A stretch of DNA of 64,000 nt from an uncultured Candidatus Rokubacteria bacterium (GTDB lineage Bacteria > Methylomirabilota > Methylomirabilia > Rokubacteriales > CSP1-6): positions 35,987 through 99,986 of the forward strand of contig CAWKCA010000043.1 of assembly GCA_963848005.1 (NCBI GenBank), read 5' to 3'. Position numbers and translations under genes: made by a program. How positions within the stretch are numbered: position 1 is the stretch's first letter; every line of letters starts with the position of its first letter. This document shows positions 57,109-64,000 of the stretch, piece by piece. The notes under the pieces are model-generated. The model was given only the letters and a program-made list of their open reading frames with translations. It was not told where the DNA came from and searched no databases.

Positions 57109-57598
57109 CCGGCCGTCCCGGGTCGACGTCGAGATACACCTCGCGAACGTACATGAGGAGGACGCTGTAGCGCAGGAAACGCCGGGAGAGCTTGCCGAAG
57201 ACGCCGGCCTCCAGGTGGCCGGCCGCGCGGTGGTACTCGGCGAGGAAGCGGTAGGCGTCCCGGCCCATCCGGATGAAGTGCCGCCGAGCGCGCCTGGTGG
57301 CCACGCGCTCCCAGAGGAAGCCGGTGAGGAAGAGGGCGGAGTCGGCCACCTCCCGCCGGAGCGTCACCTCGCGCTGGGGATCGAAGGCAGGGCCGTCGAT
57401 CTGCCAGCAGCGCTGGATCTCGGCCAGGTGCATGGCGACGCTTTCCGGATGCACGTCGATGCGGAAGGCGTAGCGTGCCAGCACCTCACTGAGGTAGCCG
57501 GCGATCGAGGCGTCGCCGGGCAGGGCCAGATCGTCGAGGCCCCGACCGACGCAGTCGAGGTAGTACTCCCTCACCCGAGGCGGCGCGACGTGGCGCAT
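57086..57598 (-). CDS. hypothetical protein (all-helical, no recognisable family)
   Basis: 170 aa. ATG 57598 is preceded by GGGAGG at 6 nt. Convergent 23-nt overlap with the permease gene end. Confidence 0.45.
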   Translation of the reverse strand: MRHVAPPRVREYYLDCVGRGLDDLALPGDASIAGYLSEVLARYAFRIDVHPESVAMHLAEIQRCWQIDGPAFDPQREVTLRREVADSALFLTGFLWERVATRRARRHFIRMGRDAYRFLAEYHRAAGHLEAGVFGKLSRRFLRYSVLLMYVREVYLDVDPGRPVKTADPR

Positions 57599-57657
57599 GG
57601 GCACCTCCCTCACGGGAGTTATCGGCAGCCTGCGAGGGAAGTGTTACGGTAGGCGCC

Positions 57658-59274
57658 ATGCCACCTCATCGACACGCCTATCGCCCCGTCGTCATGGGTC
57701 TGCGCGGCGCCGCCACGTCGGCCCACCCTCTGGCCTCCATGGCCGGCATCGAGATCCTGCTCGCGGGCGGCAACGCCGTGGATGCGGCGGTCGCCGTCGC
57801 GGCGGCCCTGAACGTCGTGGAACCCTTCATGTCGAGTGTCGGGGGGATCGGCCTCATGCTCGTCTCGCGCCCGAACGGCGAGCGCCACGTCCTCGACTTC
57901 ATCGGCCGCGCCCCCGCGGCGGCCGACGCCGCGCGGGCGACGGAGGCGGATCTGGCGGGTGGTCCGAAGTCCTGCGCCACTCCGGGAAATCTGGGCGGGT
58001 GGCTGGTGGCGCTGGAGCGCTTCGGCTCGATGCCGCGCTCGGCGGTGCTCTCCCCGGCCATCGCCTTGGCGGAGCGCGGGGTCCCGCTGAGCTGGAAGAA
58101 CGTCGAGTTCTTCGGTCGCGCGCGCGAGACGCTGGCCCGCTCGCGCGAGGCCGAGCGGCTGTATCTCGGCCAGGGACAGCTCCGCCCCGGGGCCGTCGTC
58201 AGCTACAAGGACCTGGCGGCGACCTTGCGACAGGTCGCCGAGGGCGGGGCGGAGGCCTTCTACCGCGGACCCATCGCCGCCGCGATCTCGCGGGCGGTCC
58301 AGGAGGCAGGGGGCTGGCTCACCGAGGACGATCTCGAGTCGTTCGCGCCGATGTGGCGCGAGCCGGTCGCCATCACCTATCGTGACGCCGAGGTCGTGTC
58401 CGTGCCGCCGCCCTTCTCGGCGTTCCAGATGCTCCAGACCCTCAACATCCTAGAACACTGCGACGTCGCCGGGCGGGGCCACAACTCCGACGCGTACCTC
58501 CACCACCTGATCGAGGCCATCAAGCTGGCGTCGGCTGACCGCCTGGCCTACGCCTATGGCGGCGACGCGCCCATTCGGGGGCTCCTGTCCAAGGCCTACG
58601 CCGCCTCCCAGCGAGCCCGCATCGGCGAGGGGGCCGCGGTGAGCGAGGGCGAGCGCTACAACCCGGTTCGGCTTCCTGGGCAGATCAGCGAGGGCCACCC
58701 CGCGAGCTTCATGCATGAGCAGACGACGCACTTCGCCTGTGCCGACGCGAGCGGTACGGTGGTGTCGGTCACGCAGACCCTCGGCGTGCCCTTCGGCTCG
58801 GGCTTCGCCGTACCCGGTACGGGCATCGTCCTCAACAACATCCTCAAGTGGATGGACCTCGATCCCGCGTCGCCGAACGTGCTGCGGCCCGGTCGCCAGG
58901 CGGGGACGATGATGTCGCCGACTCAGGTCTTCCGCCGCGGCGCCTTCGCGCTCTCCATCGGCACCCCGGGCTCGTACGGGATCCTCCAGACGCAGGCGCA
59001 GATGATCCTCAACGTCCTCGAGTTCGGCCTCAACATCCAGGAGGCGATCGAGGCGCCGCGCGTGCGCGTGTACCGGGACCGGCTGGTCGATGCCGAGGCG
59101 CGCATCCCGCACGACGTCCGCGAGGCGCTGGGCCGCCGCGGCCACCAGGTGAACGTCATCGACGACTGGTCCTGGATCGTGGGAGGCGGGCAGGGCATCG
59201 CGCGCGATCCGGAGACCGGCGCCCTCATGGCCGGCGCCGACCCCCGCCGCGACGGTTACGCCCTCGCCGTTTGA
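57658..59274 (+). CDS. ggt: gamma-glutamyltransferase
   Basis: Intact 538 aa. GGNAVDAAVA..AAL.VVEP..S..GG; catalytic Thr context HEQTTHF; GSGF.VPGTGI.LNN; GTPGS. These are GGT family hallmarks. Confidence 0.9.
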   Translation: MPPHRHAYRPVVMGLRGAATSAHPLASMAGIEILLAGGNAVDAAVAVAAALNVVEPFMSSVGGIGLMLVSRPNGERHVLDFIGRAPAAADAARATEADLAGGPKSCATPGNLGGWLVALERFGSMPRSAVLSPAIALAERGVPLSWKNVEFFGRARETLARSREAERLYLGQGQLRPGAVVSYKDLAATLRQVAEGGAEAFYRGPIAAAISRAVQEAGGWLTEDDLESFAPMWREPVAITYRDAEVVSVPPPFSAFQMLQTLNILEHCDVAGRGHNSDAYLHHLIEAIKLASADRLAYAYGGDAPIRGLLSKAYAASQRARIGEGAAVSEGERYNPVRLPGQISEGHPASFMHEQTTHFACADASGTVVSVTQTLGVPFGSGFAVPGTGIVLNNILKWMDLDPASPNVLRPGRQAGTMMSPTQVFRRGAFALSIGTPGSYGILQTQAQMILNVLEFGLNIQEAIEAPRVRVYRDRLVDAEARIPHDVREALGRRGHQVNVIDDWSWIVGGGQGIARDPETGALMAGADPRRDGYALAV

Positions 59275-60024
59275 GTTGGAGGGGGCCCGCCGCGGCGCGA
59301 CGACGCGCGGCGGGGCTTGGGGGGCCCTGTCGAGGTCCATCCATCTCGCTGCGGCGAGCGGAACAGGATGGGGCCGACGTACGACTCCGCCTGTGACTTC
59401 GTATCGTCGGAATCGATGGCCACGGCGAGGGCGTTGGGGTTGTCGGGGGCCTCGCCGTAGATCTTGGTGAAATCGTCCACGACGTTCCGGCGCTCGGTGA
59501 TCCACTTGCCCAGCTCGGCGGCGCCCGAGCGCATGATCACGTAGGTGACGGTGCCGGTCTTCTGGCTCTTCACGAACTCGCCGGCCGGTGCCGTGGTGTC
59601 CCAGACGTAGCCGATCAGGCGCGAGCGGAGCATCTCGGGGAAGCGGCGCCAGATGACGTAGATCTGGGCGGCCTGGTCGTCGGTGGCGGCGCGGCGGCTG
59701 TCGCCGCCCTTCGGAAGCACCACCACCTTCCAGCTCCACTCGAGGATGGGCGTGGCCTTGAGGTTCACCGTGATCTCTCTGGCGATGCTCGAACTGTCGC
59801 CGCGACTCTCCATGCGCAGGGCGCGACCGCTATCGTCGGCAATCGAGAACAGCTCGTAGTTTGGCCGGCCCCAGCTCTGCTCCTTCCACCCCTTGGGGAT
59901 GCCGCGAGAACCGAGCGGGATACTCCTTCCAGTTCTCGATCACGATCTCGGCGGCCCAGACGGTCGCCGCCATGACCAACACCAGCGTGGTGGTCAGGAG
60001 TCGAGCGCGTGTGGAATGGCGCAT
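59256..60024 (-). CDS. DUF3047-domain protein (paralog 2), one frameshift near 59915 and a C-terminal read-through into REP copy 6
   Basis: Signal peptide MRHSTRARLLTTTLVLVMAATVWA (ORF 59830-60024). Then ...LEWSWKVVVLPKG...DQAAQIYVIW...AVAIDSDDT (ORF 59256-59813). The last ~33 codons are element sequence. Confidence 0.6.
59277..59340 (+). repeat. REP/MITE-like element, copy 6 (degenerate first hairpin)
   Basis: ...GGAGGGGGCCCGCCGCGGCGCGACGACGCGCGGCGGGGCTTGGGGGGCCCTGTCGAGGTCCAT. Confidence 0.5.
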
Positions 60025-60053
60025 AGGCTCCCTATAATAACCGCGTGGTCTCC

Positions 60054-60419
<366 letters not shown>

Positions 60420-60423
60420 CGAT

Positions 60424-61200
60424 ATGTCAACGTACAACTGGAACGCGATCGTCGACGGTCTGAATCAGTACCTGCGCCTGCGCTCCATTCCCATCGGCAT
60501 GAAGCTGTTCGAGACGGTGGAGGAGATGGAGGCGATCCCGAAGATCCGACGTCCCCGGACCAAGCACACCACCGATCAGATCGTGGCCCAGGCCCGGCAG
60601 CTCGGGTGGACGGTCGGCATCACCATGGCGGATCTGGTGGGCGCGCAGTGCGGGGCCGTCATCGGCCTGCATCCTCAGGACGACGAGTGGCTTTCCGGCC
60701 GGCGCATGGCGGGGGTGTGGTTCAAGACGCTGGACGATGCCGCCGCCCACCAGCGCGCGATGGACGTGGTGCCGCACGGCCGCTACCGGGCCATGGCGGT
60801 ATCCCCTCTCACCTCGGGACGCCTCGATCCCCCCGACGTCTGCCTCATCTACGGAACGCCCGGGCAGATGATCTTCTTCATCAACGGTCTGCAGTGGTCG
60901 GGCTACCGGAAGCTCAGCATGACCTCGGTGGGTGAGTCGGCCTGCGCGGACTCCTGGGGCCGCGCCCTCCGGACGGGGGAACCCGCCCTGACGATTCCCT
61001 GTTATGCCGAGCGGCGATACGGGGGTGTCGCCGACGACGAGATGCTGATGGCCATTCCGCCCAGCTACTTGCCGAAGGTGATCGAAGGGCTGAGCGCGCT
61101 CTTCCGGAACGGCCTGCGCTATCCCGTTCCCCCCTACGGCATCCAGTCGGACGCGGCCGCCGGTCTGGCCGTGAGCTATGCCGACAAGGACAAGCGCTGA
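60424..61200 (+). CDS. DUF169-domain protein
   Basis: Intact 258 aa. P.G.K.F......... and ...C...G.. patterns consistent with DUF169. Family assignment is by recollection of the pattern only. Confidence 0.6.
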   Translation: MSTYNWNAIVDGLNQYLRLRSIPIGMKLFETVEEMEAIPKIRRPRTKHTTDQIVAQARQLGWTVGITMADLVGAQCGAVIGLHPQDDEWLSGRRMAGVWFKTLDDAAAHQRAMDVVPHGRYRAMAVSPLTSGRLDPPDVCLIYGTPGQMIFFINGLQWSGYRKLSMTSVGESACADSWGRALRTGEPALTIPCYAERRYGGVADDEMLMAIPPSYLPKVIEGLSALFRNGLRYPVPPYGIQSDAAAGLAVSYADKDKR

Positions 61201-61322
61201 GCGAAATCGCGTAGAATCGCCGGCGCGCTCGCGTGGAATCTCCGGCGCGCTTCGCGGCAGAGGGCCGGCCGTTGCCGACCCGCACTTCCTGGACGTGATC
61301 CCCGACAGGTGAGGAGATACCG

Positions 61323-62282
61323 ATGATCCGTCTGATCGTGCTCGTAGCCGTGCTGGTGAGCGCGGGGCTCCCGGCTCCCGTCTCCGCGCAGCAGTATCCC
61401 GATCGCCCCGTGACCGCCATCGTGGGTTATCCGGCCGGCGGCCTTGCCGACGTCGTCATGCGCGCCATGGTGGAGAACATGAAGAAGAAATTCCCCAAAG
61501 GGCTGGCGGTGGTGAACCGACCCGGTGCGGGGGGCTCCATCGGAGCCAGCGAGGCGGTGCAGGCCAAGCCCGACGGCTACACCTTTGCGCTCGTCCCCAT
61601 CTCGAACCTGGTGATCCAGCCCCAGCTCAACGCGCTCCCGTACAAGACCCCTGACGACTACATCCCCGTCATCAACCTGGTGTCCTGGTTCCCGATGCTC
61701 GCGGTGAAGGCCGACGCGCCGTGGAAGAACGTCCAGGAGTTCGTGGCCGCGGCCAAGGCGAATCCCGGCAAGTTCCGCGTGGGGACGCCGGGCGAGGGGA
61801 CCTCGAGTCACCTGAATCTCGAAGAGCTGATGCGGCTGGCCAGTGTCAAGCTCACGCACGTTCCCTTCGCCGGCTGGGCGGAGGGAAGCCCGGCGCTGCT
61901 GGGTGGGCACATCGAGGCGATCGTGGCCCAGCCCGGCGAGGTGCGGCCGCAGGCCGAGGCCAAGAAGATGCGCGTGCTCTGCGTCTTCCAGCCGAAGCGC
62001 AACGCCAACTTCCCCGACGCGCCGACCTGCAAGGAGGCCGGCTACGACGTTCACAACGGCGCCCAGTTCCTGCTGATCCTTCCCAAGGGGACGCCGCCCG
62101 ACGTCGTCCGCTACCTCCACGACGCGGCCAAGGCGGCCATCGAGGATCCGGCCTTCGTCAACTTCGCCAAGGCTCGGGTGATCGACGCGGAGTATCTCCC
62201 CGGGGACAAGCTGAAGGCGGAATTGTGGGAGGAGTACAAGAGGCACACGGAGATCCTCAAGCGGATCGGGATGCTCAAGTAG
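61323..62282 (+). CDS. tctC: tripartite tricarboxylate transporter substrate-binding protein (Bug/TctC family)
   Basis: Signal peptide, then YPDRPVT.IVGYPAGG..D...R, ...NRPGAGG.IG and ...G.GT.SHL..E motifs. Confidence 0.85.
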   Translation: MIRLIVLVAVLVSAGLPAPVSAQQYPDRPVTAIVGYPAGGLADVVMRAMVENMKKKFPKGLAVVNRPGAGGSIGASEAVQAKPDGYTFALVPISNLVIQPQLNALPYKTPDDYIPVINLVSWFPMLAVKADAPWKNVQEFVAAAKANPGKFRVGTPGEGTSSHLNLEELMRLASVKLTHVPFAGWAEGSPALLGGHIEAIVAQPGEVRPQAEAKKMRVLCVFQPKRNANFPDAPTCKEAGYDVHNGAQFLLILPKGTPPDVVRYLHDAAKAAIEDPAFVNFAKARVIDAEYLPGDKLKAELWEEYKRHTEILKRIGMLK

Positions 62283-62286
62283 CCTC

Positions 62287-62745
62287 GTGCGCGAGCTGGC
62301 CGCGCCGCTCGCCTTCCTCGCCGTCAGCGGCCTCTACCTCGGGACGTCGCTGACGTTTCCTCTTGGCAGCGCGACGCGTCCGGGAGCGGGATTCTTCCCG
62401 GCGGCGGTGGGCGCGTACCTCACCGCGCTGGCGGTCGTCCTTCTCGTCGCCGCCTGGCGGCGGGCACCGACTCTCGCGCAGGCGTCCAGGAGCGAGGCGC
62501 TCTCCGCGGATGCCCGGATGCGCGTCATCGCCACCATGGCGGCGCTCGTGGGATTCTGCGCGACGCTCGGCTGGATCGGTTACCCGGCCGCCGCCTTTCT
62601 GTTCACGGCCGTCCTCCTGAAGAGTCTCGGTCGCGGCAAGGGGACTCGTGTCATCGTGGCCGCCGCCCTCGCCGCCGCGGCGTCCTACTACCTCTTTGGA
62701 ATTCTGCTGGGCGTGCCGCTGCCTCGCGGAGTCTGGGGCGGCTGA
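62287..62745 (+). CDS. tctB: tripartite tricarboxylate transporter TctB small membrane subunit
   Basis: 152 aa with four hydrophobic segments. Lies between tctC and tctA. Its stop overlaps the tctA ATG (ATGA). Confidence 0.7.
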   Translation: MRELAAPLAFLAVSGLYLGTSLTFPLGSATRPGAGFFPAAVGAYLTALAVVLLVAAWRRAPTLAQASRSEALSADARMRVIATMAALVGFCATLGWIGYPAAAFLFTAVLLKSLGRGKGTRVIVAAALAAAASYYLFGILLGVPLPRGVWGG

Positions 62746-64000
62746 TGGGGCCACTGGAGGGCATCGTCTACGGGCTCGGCATCGCGCTGACACCCGGCGA
62801 ATCTGGCCGCCTGCTTCATCGGCGTCCTGATCGGCACCATCGTGGGGGTGCTGCCCGGAATCGGCCCGGTCGGGGCCATGGCGCTGCTCTTGCCGTCGAC
62901 GTTTGCCCTCGATCCGGCAACCGCCCTCATCATGCTGGCGGGCATCTACTACGGGTCGATGTACGGGGGCTCGACCACCTCGATCCTGGTCAACGTGCCG
63001 GGCGAGGCCGCCTCGGTCGTCACCGCGATCGATGGGTACCAGATGGCGCGCAAGGGCCGAGCGGGCGCCGCCCTGGCCGTGTCGGCGGTCGGATCGTTCG
63101 TGGCCGGCTCGGTCGGGGTGGTCGGGATCGTGCTCTTCGCCTCCTGGCTGGCCGATCTCGCGCTGAAGTTCGGGCCCCCGGAGTATTTCGCGCTGGCCGT
63201 GGCGGGGCTGGCGATCCTGTCGCGCCTCTCGGGGGGCTCGATCGCCATGTCGCTCCTGATGGTCGGCTTCGGCCTGGCCATCGGCACGGTGGGCATGGAG
63301 CCGATCTCCGGAGTGCGGCGCTTCACGTTCGGCTCCCTCCAGCTCTCGCAGGGCATCGAGCTGGTGCCCGTCATCATGGGGCTCTACGGCGTGGCCGAGG
63401 TGCTGGTGCTGGCCGAGGAGGGGATGAAGCGCGCCATCGTCACCGACGTGCGCTTCCGCGAGCTGTTTCCCACGCGGGCGGAGTGGCGGCTCTCGGGATG
63501 GCCGATCGCGCGCGGTTCCGTGGTCGGCTTCCTGACCGGGCTGATCCCGGGGCCGTCCACCGTGCTCGCCACCTTCATCTCGTACACCTTGGAGCGGAGG
63601 ATCTCGAAGACGCCGGAGCGTTTCGGGAAGGGCGCCATCGAGGGCGTGGCGGGCCCGGAGACCGCCAACAACGCCGCCACGGCCGGCGCCATGGTGCCCC
63701 TGCTTTCGCTGGGCATCCCGTTCTCGCCGGCCACCGCGATCCTGCTCGGAGCCCTCGTGATCCACGGCATCCAGCCCGGTCCCATGCTGATGGCGCAGAA
63801 GCCGGAGGTGTTCTGGGGCGTGGTGGCGAGCATGTACGTCGGGAACTTCCTGCTCCTGATCCTCAACCTGCCGCTGGTCGGCCTCTTCGTGAGCGTGCTG
63901 CGCATGCCCCAGCACATGCTGTCGACCTTGGTCCTCCTGCTGTGTCTGGTGGGCGCGTACAGCCTGAGCAACAGCCCGCTGGACCTGTGGGTCCTCGTCG
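62745..64000 (+). CDS. tctA: tripartite tricarboxylate transporter TctA large permease (frameshift near 62790; 3' end outside window)
   Basis: MGPLEGIVYGLGIALTP, then shifted: NLAACFIGVLIGTIVGVLPGIGPVGAMALLLP...GIYYGSMYGGSTTSILVNVPGE...GPETANNAA. This is the TctA signature. The frame is open to the window end, so it is not listed in the ORF track. Confidence 0.8.
   Translation, partial: MGPLEGIVYGLGIALTPGESGRLLHRRPDRHHRGGAARNRPGRGHGAALAVDVCPRSGNRPHHAGGHLLRVDVRGLDHLDPGQRAGRGRLGRHRDRWVPDGAQGPSGRRPGRVGGRIVRGRLGRGGRDRALRLLAGRSRAEVRAPGVFRAGRGGAGDPVAPLGGLDRHVAPDGRLRPGHRHGGHGADLRSAALHVRLPPALAGHRAGARHHGALRRGRGAGAGRGGDEARHRHRRALPRAVSHAGGVAALGMADRARFRGRLPDRADPGAVHRARHLHLVHLGAEDLEDAGAFREGRHRGRGGPGDRQQRRHGRRHGAPAFAGHPVLAGHRDPARSPRDPRHPARSHADGAEAGGVLGRGGEHVRRELPAPDPQPAAGRPLRERAAHAPAHAVDLGPPAVSGGRVQPEQQPAGPVGPR

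Overview
High-GC (roughly 68-70%) bacterial chromosomal window, densely coding on both strands. No rRNA, tRNA, CRISPR array, transposase, integrase or phage genes were seen. Content is mostly core and accessory metabolism. Genes in order: an orphan HAMP histidine kinase; a CO-dehydrogenase/xanthine-dehydrogenase-type molybdoenzyme operon with fused small and large subunits; a HEPN/MNT toxin-antitoxin pair next to gene relics; a Liv-type branched-chain amino-acid ABC operon; a catabolic block (FIST protein, enolase-superfamily enzyme, Ldh2 oxidoreductase, IlvD/Edd dehydratase, aminotransferase); a large coiled-coil vWA protein; a bifunctional FAD-monooxygenase/OYE enzyme; mtgA, an SDR, DUF3047, nhaA, a CoA-transferase, a nucleoside hydrolase, nagZ, btpA; aroQ and an ECF sigma factor; an acyl-CoA carboxyltransferase; GTP-PEPCK; cobS-cobC coupled to a family-5 ABC importer; ggt, hslR, DUF169 and tctCBA. 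The largest coherent system is an 11-gene type II secretion cluster (gspE-F-G-H-I-J-K-L-M-C-D, 35.6-46.9 kb, minus strand). I did not find a convincing new multi-gene system. The observations most worth follow-up are: (1) a ~70-bp two-hairpin REP/MITE-like element present in six copies, some overlapping predicted gene ends; (2) an unannotatable-by-default SelW/Rdx-type selenoprotein gene with in-frame UGA; (3) an ECF sigma factor whose frame runs straight into a transmembrane segment and probably into the downstream ORF; (4) a TA cassette that appears to have truncated cbiB, next to other gene relics; (5) several short tandem or direct repeats at gene junctions and promoters. Caveat: many genes are broken by single-base frameshifts, especially at 9.3-17.9 kb. 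Several of those I could resolve sit in G/C homopolymer runs, so sequencing or assembly error is at least as likely as real pseudogenisation. Full-length coordinates given for those genes span the frameshifts.
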